Shown piece by piece: positions 22,309-34,551 of a stretch of DNA of 64,000 nucleotides. The DNA lies in NCBI GenBank assembly GCA_000708835.1, contig DF236982.1, forward strand, positions 186,001 through 250,000, in the 5' to 3' direction. Source of the stretch: Klebsormidium nitens (taxonomy: Eukaryota; Plantae; Klebsormidiophyceae). Position numbers and translations under genes: made by a program. Under the pieces are notes generated by a model that saw nothing but the letters and a program-made list of their open reading frames with translations, had not been told where the DNA came from and made no database searches. Within the stretch, counting starts at the first letter, position 1. Every line of letters begins with the position of its first letter.

Positions 22309-25300
22309 ATGATCTGTCAAACAGTGGGAGCTCGTGTCTCCGGCGGCACTGCACTAGAGAGATTGTCGAGCACGAGGACTATTCCTGGTTCCTCACAAAG
22401 TGCTCTGCACTCTCTGCCACTAAGTAAACAGTTCTGCAGGCAAAGAGGAAAGGGTTCGGTTTGCGTAAACAGAAGACCATCAGAGAGCATATCACAGGCA
22501 CACACGGCGCGCAGAGCTCTGAAGGCAGGTTTCCAGCGGACCGCGCTTGTCAGAACTGAAGTCAGCAAACGCTCAGTCAGAAGTGTTGTGCCGTCTGCTG
22601 CGACCATGGTGTCAGATAGCGGGAAGGTTGGGGACATCCCCAATGATTGGGACGATGAGATCGAGGCCTCTGGAATGCATGCAGGTGCGCAAAGAATGCA
22701 CTCAATGCAACCCTTCTTTTCAGCAACTATAAATAGATCTCGATGATATATGTCTTGCAAGTGAGCTGGTTGTGTGTCAGAAGCACAGAGAGCCAGGATT
22801 GGCCTGCAGAAAGGTTGTGAGCTCGGGGAAATTGCATTACAATGGAGTTTAAGTGAGATTAATTGAATCGAAAGGGAAGAGGCAATGCTCCCTGTCTGCC
22901 CCAGTTTGGAGGCCATGGTTTGAGACAATGATAAACTGCCAGGTTCTCAGCGCTCGCCCGTTGCTTTTTCTTTAGTTCAACAGGCCACACGCATCGTGAA
23001 AGATGTGCTTTCATAGCAGAGTGTGATTCTTATGGATACCAGCCAGAAGTCAGAGTTGGTCGTGAAGGCCATTCTCAACTTAGTTGAGCTGAAAAGCAGC
23101 TAAGGTCAAGGACTGAATATGCAACTTCATGTACAATATGCCATTGGCTTCCTCTCCATTGCCCAGCTGGCGGTTCAAACCTTTGGCCTTTTTCTTAATG
23201 ACACTCTGGCTCAACCGATTACTGCAATGCTGCTCAAATCCTCTTTCACAAGGAAGTTCCGGCTGGTTTGCCAGGTTTCTAAACTGGCCCCTCACGCCTT
23301 AGCTACCGAGCACATACCGGGCAATGCATCAACGACCTCGCTCAGAACACAGGATCTCAACACAGGTGCACTTTGGTTTTTCCAGCTGGTTACTACATCT
23401 ACAACGTAATCATGCAAGTCATGGAGGAGCAGTTTGGCGACCAGCTGCAGCCGTCCCGGACGCCTGCGGACATTCGTTACTACAAGAATGCGGACGGGAG
23501 CGTCAAGGGTGACTTGCCGATGCGGGCGGGTAACGGCCAAGATACCTGGTTTCTGATTCAGGTGATTGATGTGGAGCCGTGTCTAGGCTTCTACGCGCAA
23601 TAACTTCGTTCCTGAGCTGATTTAAAGTCTTTGACTGCACTGGTGGTAACAGAGGCCTTGACGTTGAAGTTGATTGATTGAGGACACACTCAAAAACTCG
23701 CAGATTTTGTCCCATTTGAAATATCGAGAAACCGAATGCAGTGAGTGCTGTTCCCTGCTTTCCATTCTTTCTATAACCCGCTCTTTTTAGGCCAGCGTCC
23801 ATGGCTGCGTTTGTACGATGCTTCATCGATCTCAGGATATTCTGTTCAAGCGAGATGGGTATTCTTCCTCGTACGTCTCAACAACCACTTGCGGATTATG
23901 CTGAAGCTCTAAACCTCTCGTTTCAACAAAAAGGCGGAAAAAAAAGAGCGAACTGTGTAGGGCGGTGTGCAGAAACAAGCCCAAGAAGTCCCATCAGAAA
24001 CAGCCACGTAATCACTTCGGAAGTACGTTCATCATGTGTGCCGCCCTTATCATTCTTGTCTTCATTCCCACCCTCATTCCCGTCATCATTTCTGTGGTTG
24101 CAGTCGCGACTAGGCGTGGATCGTCCCGGAATGCCTGGCCAGCCGGGGTCGAAGATGGCTCTGTGGAGCGTCATGATGTGGCTCGGGCCCGCAACCGATG
24201 CGCCCCACTGCACGTTCGAGATCTCGGTGTCCCCTGACAAGATCTTCCTCGTTGCCGACATGGTCCCCCGAAGGTGCGCATCTGGATAAGTGGAATCTTG
24301 CGACAATCGCCTCGAAAAAATACTTGACTCTGTAAATCTGTCATGTCGGCTTTCCGGTTCGAATCGTGCAAAAAGAGTGGTGCGTGTGGTTCTACTAAGA
24401 GCAGTGCTTCTGCTAGCGCTCAAGTGGCCACGCTCGAACGGCTGAGAAAGGTCTTTTCGATGAGAAGCACGTGCGTTCTGCTCTTACATCCATTCCTAAA
24501 AACCGTCTGCACCTGCACGAGCTTGGGGCTGTCTGTTTGGCAACCTTCAACTAAACATTCTTCAAGTGCCGAAATATAGGTCAGCTTGATTACGCAATGA
24601 ATATAAAACCCTGCAAATTCGCTGCAGAGATCTGGTGGGCGAACCGGACTACCTGGACGAGGTCTACGAGCACTCGGGCGCGAAAGACCTGCACGCCAAG
24701 ATCAAGAAGGACCCGCGCTTCACCTTCTACGACAGCCCCGACCTGTACACCCACGTGGCGCTCTCTCCCGCGTGCATATGCCACACGCACACGCTCGGGC
24801 AGGGCGCCGGCGAAAGCAGCGGAACGGAGGAGGGTGGAAAGACCGATGGGGCCGGAAAAAGCAACGGGAAGTCTAGCGGAGACAGGCCGGTTGTGGCGGC
24901 GATGAAGGAGGTCGTGGAGCCGTACGTGAAGGGAACGCTGGACAACTGGATCAAGTGAGCTTTTGACTGTCTATAAGGTTCGATTGGTTTGGTTGAGACT
25001 CCGAATGATTTTGTGGTTCGAATTGTTGTTAGGGCAAGCCACGCCAAACTGCCCCTGACGGGTCGACCTACGATGATTGTCTGAAGTGGGCGTAAAATAT
25101 CTGTTATGGAGGTTTGGGAGAAGCCAAGACATTAAACGCTAGGTGTGTCTAGGGACGCCAAAAGCAGGATCTTTCTTCACCGGAAACCATATCTACCGTG
25201 TCAACTCTGCATCTGTGTTGCGTTTGCATCTTTTCTACTTGGACTGCACTTAAAGTTTGCAAACGTGCCAAAGGTGGTAGCCAAGGCTGGGAACCAAACC

Positions 25301-25745
25301 ACTTTTACAACTCACACGAGATACAACTCACACGAGAAGTCGAATGATCGGCCGTGCACTTGTTGGTCACCGTCTGTTTACGAGCGCTCATCATTGGCAA
25401 GCGGTTTGATTCAGAGAAGGACTTCCTTTCGATTGAGCTGTCATCGGATCAACCAGCGTTTTAATCGATAGCCACGGACTTCTGTAAGGCGGCTCCTTAG
25501 AAAACCACGAAAACATTGCACGTCAGAAGTTGGGTCTTCGCCTTTTCATCAACGGTAAGCTCACCCGAGTTCCAGGGTGGTCAAGGCACGTGCCCGGAAC
25601 GTCCCCCCCGAGGAGCAAGAAGCCCTGTCCCGCCGGGACAAGATCCTGAAGAAGGAGGCGGTGGAGCGGGACCCGGGGACCGCCATGCTGCCCATGACGC
25701 TCGGGCCGGAGCTGGGGAACAAGATTGCGCGCGCGCTCGTCGAAG
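22309..25745 (+). CDS. RCCR: Red chlorophyll catabolite reductase-like ferredoxin-dependent bilin reductase. Exons about 22309-22684, 23386-23560, 24104-24273, 24628-24955, 25576-25745. The terminal exon is unresolved.
   Basis: Motifs match the RCCR/FDBR fold pattern from recall: PADIRYYKNADGSVKGDLPMRAG, MWLGPATDAPHCTFEI..FLVADMVPR, PDYLDEVYE, DSPDLYTHVALSP and LSRRDKILKKEAVERDPGT..LGPE. Exon 1 looks like a plastid transit peptide. Confidence 0.75.
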
Positions 25746-26729
25746 GTGAGCCGGTCGAAAGGTCGCGTATATGCATTCGCTGGTCTCCTTTCTCATCGAT
25801 GTTGGTCGTATTTTGGTCCTGCCGCTGCACTCGAGAGCTGCTGTGAGTGCTTTGTGCTGGAAAGGCAGGCTCCGAAGCTTGGGCGGACCTTCGTTCGATC
25901 GACGGGGATGTCGAGCACATTTTATTAGTCCACCTGCATACGGTTTGGGAAACCGGAAGCACCGATTGTACTGGTGAAGTGCGAACGATCCGCGACAAAG
26001 CTAGCTCTCGACAAAACGTGTCTGCTTGTATCTAGACTGAACATGTTAGGCCGCCCCGGGGGGCGGCGGGGGCTTGCCTCTTTGTGCGGCGACTGGGCAG
26101 TGATTAAAAAGCGTGTTTGTGGCGTGGCGCGCGCATCTGGACAAGAGAAATGTGATCGGGTACCGTGGTCGCTATGAGTGCGCCACCACATTGTCGGACG
26201 TTCTGCTTCCCGGGCACTTTCATAAACTTCGCTGACATCTGAACATAATACTGAAGGTGTTCATTGCATCTAAGGGTTTGTTATTCACATCCTGAGTGGC
26301 TGGGTTATAGGGCAGTGTCAAGCAACTTGCAGGGTACCTACTGCAACGTGGCGGCTTCAACTTGAATCCGTTCGGACATTCCGAGGTCAGGCGTTACACC
26401 GTTACGGTTTTGTGTGTCGGCATACTTGCGCCGGCGTTCGATTCGTAGCAATCAGTTCACGCAGTCGCGCTGCTGAGTCTTAATAATGTGGCCTTCTAGT
26501 TTGGACTATCAGGGGGATGCTTCGTACGTTTTCGTTTCGAACAAGGGGCAAACGGGTAATGCGCCAGGCTCAATTTTCGCTATCTTTCGAAGAGCGGCTT
26601 CGTACAGTGTCGCCCAAAGCGCGGACCGCACGAATCCAATAGCTCGCATAGTTACTGCGTAAAAGTGGAAAGCCAATATCCGCTACTAGGACTTTCCTAT
26701 CCTCGCTATACTCGCTTTCCTCGCCCAGC

Positions 26730-27330
26730 TAAGCCTTGCCAGCTGTCGCGCGCAAAGACTTCTGATAGCAGGGATGATCAACCGCTCCCTCCTTCGTTTT
26801 GAGTGTCGCTGAGTGGGAGACCTTGCTGAAGCATGACGTCACCAAACCCAAGACAGCAGACGCTTTCTATTTGCAGGCAACTTGCGCGGGAGCAGAGCCA
26901 GCTGTCGCTGCCGGAGCATTTCGGTACTACGGCTACATTTAGACAAGCAGGAATTTCCTAAGCATGGCGTCAGCTAATCCAAAATAGCAGACCGTCCCTC
27001 TAAGCAGGCGAGCCGCGGAAGCTGTCGTTTGAGGAGCATCATATGTACCACAAATCACAGTCAACGTCTCCGGAATTCAAAATGAAGTGTGACAACAGCT
27101 AATTTGAGAACAACCAGAGGTTTTCTTGGCGCAGCGCGCAGGCGAGCTGCGGAAGCTGTCCTTGGAGGAGCACTTGCTATACCACGGACTTTCGTTCCAT
27201 TTGTCAAGTGTTATCGACGACTTGTGCTCAGCAGAAGCATGACGTAAGAAGCATGACGTCAGCCAGGGTGATACGCTTCTCTTGCGCAGGCGAGCCGCGC
27301 CAGCTGTCCTTGGAGGAGCACTTTCTGTAC
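26730..27330 (+). repeat. Tandem array of about 5 degenerate units (120-159 bp) spanning the acceptor and start of a DUF3598-A exon
   Basis: The anchor AGCTGTC occurs at 26741, 26900, 27020, 27154 and 27302. AGCATG(A/G)CGT also recurs. Confidence 0.85.
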
Positions 27331-30169
27331 CAGCGGCCGCACTGGCGGCACTGGTACGGCGTCTTTACGAAGTGGGACGCGCAGTCCGGAGAGACTCTCG
27401 AGACGTACAAGATGGAAAGGAATATAGAAGAGGTGGAACCCGAGGGCAAAAAGGTGCGCCGAGGTCTTGACACTGCGCTCCAAAAGCTGCTTTGGCGTCA
27501 GTAAAGTCGCGGCTATTTGTTGAAGCTTCTTATGGTGCGAGTTTCGACTACGTGATCTTGGGTCGAGTCTGAGATGTTGGTCGTGCCTAAAGATTCACGC
27601 CGAGTCCGACACGTTGCTTTCGGTTTGATTCTCTTTCTTATATTATAATGTCTTTTACTCGTAAATATTACGAGGTTTGCCGATTAGCTGCCACTGAAAG
27701 TAACGCCGCTTTTGGTCGCTGACGAGTCCGGTTGATTTTCCAGCCCAACTCGGTTGATAGATATTCTTTGCGAGAAACAAAACATAGTCAGTGAAAGAAA
27801 TACAGCATGTTTGCGATATCTCGTCTGACGCTGCTTCTAATTGGGTGCTTAGGAGTAGCAGAGGCGTACCGCTCTGCTGACTGTGAAAGTTTCCCCCTCT
27901 CTAGATTCACCACAAGAACACGCGCTACAAGGAGGACGGCGTAAAAACCGACGGGCCCTACGAGTTCGGTTCCAGCGGGAGCAAGCCGGACGGCGTGTCG
28001 CATCCGTACAGCGACGACTCGCGGACACGTCAGATGCCAGGTATGCTTATCCGACTCTGGTGATTCAAGACGGTTTACTTTATGGTTTCTTTTGGTAGAT
28101 TGTCAGAGGGCGAAGTGCAATAGTGGATTGCGCGGCACCGAGTTCGTTACAGATCCGTACCTGTTTCAGCGAGATTGTGAGCTCAGTGAATGGTGACTGG
28201 GATTGGTGGGATTAGTCAGGGTTTTATGGTGGTAACGGGTGCGGAGCCAAAACATTTTGTGCTTTAAAGATTAGTCGAACCCAGAGGGTTACTGCTTACT
28301 GGAGGATTGACAGTCCACTAAATCGAGGATCATCCGCGAAGCAGACGGTTTACAAAGCGTTTCAGCATCCTTGCGCCCTTGGTTGAAAGAGCAGCAATTT
28401 AATTCGGAAGAGTCTGATGCAGTTGCTTCTGTATCAAGCTCTGGCTGGTTGACTAGTTTGGTATCGCGTGATTCCCGGGCGAATCGATCAGCGCTGCCAT
28501 GGTCACGCCTACTTTCAGTTTTAAAAAACACGAAACGCAACTAGTCGCCTCCAGGGGACGGTTGCCGAGATAGGTTAACGGAGACTTTCAACCTCCGGCA
28601 TCCGACCTCCTTAGGCTCAATGCTTTCGTAGCCCTCTTCGGTTGTTCGATTAAAGTTGGGACACTGCTTCAAGCGAGAGGTCCTATCGAAGACTCCCTCT
28701 CTAAGTTGATGTTCCTCTGCAAGGCCATCCGTGAGTCCCACGGGTGTTCTCTCAAAATCTAGTCTTGGCGCACTCTACTAAGCCGGCCGACTGATTGGAG
28801 CTCCTACTGCTATCTAGCCTGTGGAGATTGCGCCACCCGGCTTTCGGGGTCACTGCATCCAACGTGTCTCGTTCGTCGTAACAGAGGCTTTCTCCGCTCC
28901 CCTTCTTTCCCTTGTGTTTCTCACCGCGGTCCTTGCCACGTGGCAGACGGCGACACCGTCCACGCGTTCCGGGAGGTCCCCGAGGACCTGAGCAAGATGT
29001 TCCGCGCGGAGATTTTCTTCATGGCGCCCGACAAGCAGTCGCGCGTCTGCCTGCTGCCGCTCTACGACAAGGAGGGCAACGCCTGGTGGGTGCTAGGCAA
29101 CCGAGAGGTGAGACCCTAGATTTATCTCCCCCTCCGAGAGCACGATTTTCAAGCGTTTTCTGAGCTTCTTTCAAACAGCCCATCAGAAAAGGACGGTTGG
29201 CCTGGTGGGTGCTGGGCAACCGGAAGGTGAGAGCGCAACGCCTCTTCAACTCGGGCTCTCCGTATCGAGCAGTTCGATTTTTGCCCTTCACATTCATTCC
29301 CGTTTCAAGCAAAGCGTTGTTTGCTAGCACGACAATCGCGGCCGGCAAGGGTGTGTCTGCTTGGTAAGACCGCAATCTACGGTTTCGACTCGATCTTTCC
29401 ATGTTGACCATTTCATTTGCTCTTTGAACTGCTTTCCATATATAGCAAAGGATACTTTGTTGGCACGTCAGAAAGGGCCGGCAAGGCCTGGTGGGTGCCA
29501 GTGAACCGGGAGGTGAAAGTGCAGTTTCTTTTCCCCTCAGTTTGTTGTATCATTGAGTACTTGCTTCGTTTGAAGAGCGCGTCAGAAAGGGACGGCAAGG
29601 CTTGGTGGTTGCTGGCTTTCGGGAGGTGAGACCGCGACCGGCGGTTTCCAAATGTTATTTTTCGTATGGAGCAGTTGGGTTGGCCCTTCACATTCATTGT
29701 CAGCAAAGGTTAATCTGCTAGCACGTCAGACATCGCAATCTGCCTTGCTGAGACCATCCTTCTGCCGTCTACTCAGGTGTCTTGGAACCCCGAGGAGCGC
29801 CCGTCTGTTTGGTCCGCCAGCAACGACGTCTCCCGGGAGCGTTCCCCGCCCACCGGCAAACTCACCGGCGTCGAAAGAGTCATGTCCGCCGACCTCTTAC
29901 TGGGCGAAACGGTGGGCGTTTGGAAGGGGTACGATCAACCGGTTGGGAAGCCTCTGATCGGTAACCTCCTACCGGGCAGTGAGTACGAGGTTTTACACTT
30001 TCCCGACGGGCTCACGCTGTGCGCCCCCAAGTTCGTCAAGCGGGGAATGGGCGCTTTCCACCTGTCGGCGCATTGGGTGGCAAATAAGAAGCGGGTGCAC
30101 CAGGCGACGGTGGTCTACGGCGAGTCGGGGAAGGTTGAGAGCTATAGGACGGGGCATTACACTCGCTAA
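27290..30169 (+). CDS. DUF3598/BFA1-like twin beta-barrel protein, copy A. Exons 27290-27453, 27905-28040, 28947-29107, 29777-30169(stop). 5' exon(s) not found.
   Basis: The exons join in frame. The C-terminal LHFPDGLTLCAP..FHLSAHWV..RVHQATVVYGESG and N-terminal WRHWYGVFTKWD..G match the recalled DUF3598 pattern (LLPDG..P..F.LE.GW..R...Y...G). A close paralog lies on the opposite strand. Confidence 0.72.
28180..28310 (+). mobile_element. Degenerate G-rich core repeat copy, intronic
   Basis: GGTGGTAACGGGTGCGGAGCC at about 28228-28248 with an upstream CTGGGATTGGTGGGATTAG. Confidence 0.5.
29040..29740 (+). repeat. Tandem array of 4-5 degenerate units (about 115-145 bp) spanning a DUF3598-A exon end and donor
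   Basis: C(C/T)TGGTGG..GAG/AAG|GTGA occurs at 29082, 29201, 29487 and 29601, with a weaker copy near 29345. Confidence 0.85.
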
Positions 30170-31639
30170 GCGCCCGGTGGATTCTTCGCGTTAGTTTTGG
30201 TGTCCCAGAAATGTATTGTACGGTTTTGCTAGTGCCCGTATATTGGCATTAGTCGCTCCACCCGAATGCGGCTGGCTCAGAAACTCGTGAGCCAAGGCGA
30301 CTCTCGAGAAGCTTTGTTGTCTTGCTCGATCGCCCCAACTTCGTAACAACATGCACGCTCTTGGGTGATCATTTGAATGAACAACTGTTCTAAATTTGAG
30401 GCAGATTGGAGAGGTTTGACACTACCGAGTTGTGAACGCATAGCTGCGAACATGGTTGCACAGTAGCGCTGCAGCTAGCCGCGTTTGAGATAGTTCTGTA
30501 CATGCGCGCTAGGTCTAAGGGACTCAATTTCATTGTTGACATGGCTAGTGGTGAGTGCTGAAGCTTGATATACTTCTCGGGTGCTCGAACGTGTGAGAGC
30601 TGGTCGTGGTCGTTTTGAACAGCACGTAAAGTTCTGACTATTACATGCATATATACAGAAGTGCATGGGCTCGCTCATGTCAGCCTGCCGCTAAGGGCCA
30701 ACAAACACTTGTGAAAGCGAGTTAAGTTTACTGCCAGCTTTGCGCCTATAATAAGCCTAAACGTTTAATCTGCGCATAATACTCATGCACGTATCCATCA
30801 CAGAGACGTACTGGCAACCGTCCACTTCGTCATTTCGATGCGTACCCGGTAATGCGCGCTGCAAATTATTGGAGTTTTCAACGTACGATAGGAGTAATAG
30901 TAGTGACACGCACATGATTACTAATGCAGTGCATGTGTGCCGTACGATTGTAAAATTGCAGCATGTTACGCTTCTTTTTCGAATTCCAGCGTGTTGTACG
31001 TTGCTGCCAAACATGCCAGCTGGTCGGTATCTCACGCACTCAGCCCTTATGGTACGCAATTGTGAAAAGGGCCCTCTGTTGCTACTAGTACCAGCTATTT
31101 ACCTACTAAGACTACATGGAATCATCTACAGTATGTTGTTATTCGCAAAGAAAATTGCTGTTTTTAGCGTAGAAGTACGGTTGTCTTTATGTCCCATCAC
31201 GTTTGACTCCTCATCTGTGATTGGCGTTTTTGCTAGTTTTCTACAATGATCCGGCAAAAGAACGCAATGTCTTCAAACACACAGCTCAACTAGTCACTAC
31301 ACCTAGATCATGAATGGCTCTTTGACAAAGAAAGGGGCCCCCGTTTCTACAACGTAGACGCCAGGTCTTTTCCAATGCTGAAGAACGTCTAACTTTGACT
31401 AGCGCCTTAATGTACACATGCTTGTTTGTCATGAATCTGATCAACATTATTGGTGTCCATGTCTACACAAAGGTCTTCATTTTAAAGAACCGTAGACTAT
31501 TATTTATACATGCTTACCGATCGCTCACGGCCTCTTAATCTTCAAGAACACAATGAAGCCAGAAATCCAAATCCATATCTACACAAAGATTCAAAGATTC
31601 ACCATGCAGGGTCACCCTTCGGATCCTGCGCTCACCCGT

Positions 31640-34551
31640 TCAAACGGTGTAGTGCGCCGTTCTGAAGGACTCAAAGGCGCCGTCCGCGCCGTACACTACC
31701 GTCTCCTGCGGGACCGTCCGGGCGTCCATCTGCCAGTGCATCGACACTTGGAACGCGCCCGTTCCCCGCCTGACGCGCCTCGGGAGGCAGATACTCAGCC
31801 CGTCCGGCATTTGGAGCAGCTTGTACTCGTTTGCCGCCAGGCAATCTTCGCCGTCTACGGCCCTCCCCACCGGGCGCTCGTAGCCCCGCCACGTGGCGCC
31901 CGCAGCTTCGCTGAGAACTAGGTCGGCGGTAAGAGTGTATTCCACCCCAGTGAGTGGCCCCGGGGGCGGAACGCGCTCCCGCGCGGTGGCGTTGCTGGAA
32001 GACCACGTGCTCGGTTTCTCTTGGGGGTCCCAGACATTCTGCAAAAACAGAGCAGATAGCATATGGTCTTTTGGTGCTTAGAAGACCAGAAACTTGGTAT
32101 TCTCAGCGAAGACCACGTGCTCGGCTTCTCCTGGGGTCCCAGTCGTTCTGCGCAAACAGAGCAGAGAGGTATGGTCTTTTGGTAGCCCGAAAAATGTAAA
32201 CTTGGCGTTCTCAGCGAAGCGGTACCCAAGACCCCTGAGAATGTTAGGTAACGTTGAGTTTTCATCTGATGTCAGAAGGCGGAGAGAGCTTCTCGTAAGA
32301 GTATGAAACGGCGTGTTTGATAGGTTGCTCATTTTGAGATGCTTTTTAAGATGGTCGATTGAGTTGAGGTCGCAAACAAGACGAAAATTACTAGAATTTA
32401 ATTGTCTTTTGGAGTGTCATGCTCTGGACGTCCTCTCAGGCCGCGCGCTGGCATGCCGCTAAACAACTTTCCGCCGGAGCGGGCGGAATAATCTATTTCA
32501 AGCAGGCCAACGGCACCCGCCAAGTATGCGGAGTATCGCAGAACATCTTCAAATAAAGCAAACCCCTCTCCAGACAGTTTGAGGCTTCTGGCTCTCAAAA
32601 TCGTCACTTCTTTCTTGAAAGTTCGCACGAAAAACACTCAATAGACGGGCTTAGAACATGTGAGCCTTCTCGGAGGCAAGCGAACGGGCGCATAAACGAT
32701 AGACGAGCGAAAGTCGACGTGAAAATCGTTTTTGCAGTCTGCAAAGCCAGATAGCATAGAATTCGTAAGTCTCGTGGATGTGCGTTAAATTAGATTTTTT
32801 AAGGGAACCGTTTAAATTGGGTCACGTCGTTCCAAAAAACACAGTTGCCACACTTCACACCGTTTAGTTATGAATACGGAATGGGACATGAATTGGCGTA
32901 GCGTGATTTTCCGATTGACGGAAACGCTGGTAATCAATTTCCCTGGATTTTGGGTTGAAAGTGAGTGAGCCCTTCGCGAGCTCGAATCGCTATAACCTTT
33001 CCATTCACCTTCCAATTGCAAACCACGAAGTTGGCGGAAACGAGTGTCCGAACTCAAAGCCGTTTTGCCACGGCGATCCTACTTTTGAACAGTTTGCCCC
33101 GGTTGCAAATCACCCAGCTGCAAACACAAAGTAAAAGGTCAAATCGCGGCCCCTGTTTTGCCTGGCGTTTCTAGCCCCGAGCGAATGAGCTCGTAAGGAG
33201 CTTCTTCTCACCTCCCGGTTGCAGATCGCCCACGTGGCGTCCCCCCGCTCGTCGTAGTACGCGAGCACGCTTCCGCGCGTGTCCTGGCTGGGCGCCATGA
33301 AGAAGAACTCGACTTGGAACCGCTTCCGCAGGTCCTCCAGCACCTCTCGAAAGTGGTACGAAAAGTCGCCGCCTGCGCAGAAAGTGTTCACGTCAATGAA
33401 TGTTTTGCTTTTCCGTTCAGGGTGCCCTTACGTCTTCCCAGCTACGATCATTCCGAATTCCGAGAATCTTTTCTGTACCTCGAGGAACGAATGCTACTTT
33501 GTGCGACTTTCTCCTCTTTTTCGGGGCGCAGCCAAGAGCTGCCACGGGTAGCTGTTTGCCACGTGCTGAGAAACGGGCATCTCGCTCCTGCTCTCCCACT
33601 TTTTGGCTGACGTCATGCTGACGTCACATTGAGGGCCACCCGACTCACCTGGCCCCTGGTGCGAGCGGAACTCGGGGCTCGCGGGGTGCGCGATCCCGTC
33701 GGGCAGACTGGGATCGGCGGCAAAGACCCAGGGGCCGTTCACCTTGCGGCCGCTCGGCTTGTGGCGGATGTTGTTGTACACGATCTGAAAAGAGACGAGT
33801 GGCTTGTGTTTCGTTTTCCGCACACTTCCTTTCACTCGAAGAATTGCTTCCGACGTTTTGGTCCTAGTCGTGCTCCATCTGTCTCCGTAACTTACTTCCT
33901 TCCTTACTTTCTTCTTTCATGCTTTGCTCTTTCATACCCTCGTGTTTCTGTTTGCACCCTCACCTCTTTTGGCAAACTCACAGTAAAGCCGCAATCAAAC
34001 TGTCAACCTGTTCGGTCAAGCACACCTCCACAGCTTTCGTCACCGCATAAGGTAAAAGAAGGTCGACCACAATCGTGTGCCACGCCCTTTCAAAGCGGGA
34101 CCCCAAGTTCCTGTCCAATGATCAGACGGGACATTCTGATGCGAGATTGATGAGGAGGCTGATTACGTCCTCCATTTCGCTCCTCAAGCCCTGTATTGAG
34201 CTCTTTCTACCTTAAAAACAGATTGGTATGAACTTTGCTTTGCATATAATTTCATGTACAGAAGATCTCGAACCACATTGCCCCCTGCTACACGGCCGCT
34301 CCGGACAGAACGGGTTGCTCAAACCCCTCCACCCTCTTTACAAAATGGGTTGCCAAAAACTTTGCCCCCTCACAGAAAATGCACTCACCTTCAGCCCAGG
34401 GGCTCTACTTCGTCGATGAAGCGCTCCATTCTGTATGTGTCCACCACACGCCCGGTTGTTGCGTCCCAGACTGTGTACAAACCGTACCAGTGCCGCCAGT
34501 GAGGCCGCTGGTGGAGGTAGTGCTCAGTGAGTGACAGCTGGCGAGGCTCGC
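31640..34551 (-). CDS. DUF3598/BFA1-like protein, copy B. Exons 34551-34389, 33784-33649, 33372-33212, 32038-31640(stop). As sequenced it has a 1-nt deletion and an in-frame TGA at 34391-34393, so it is either a pseudogene or an assembly indel.
   Basis: Paralogous to copy A: GEPRQLSLTEHYLHQRPHWRHWYG, and LLQMPDGLSICLP..FQVSMHW. Exon lengths are 163/136/161/399 nt versus 164/136/161/393 nt in A. Confidence 0.7.

Noticed and set aside
14380-29740. Regularly spaced repeats as CRISPR arrays
   Set aside because: The units are degenerate along their whole length and derive from adjacent exons. There is no constant repeat with unique spacers, no cas genes, and the context is eukaryotic.
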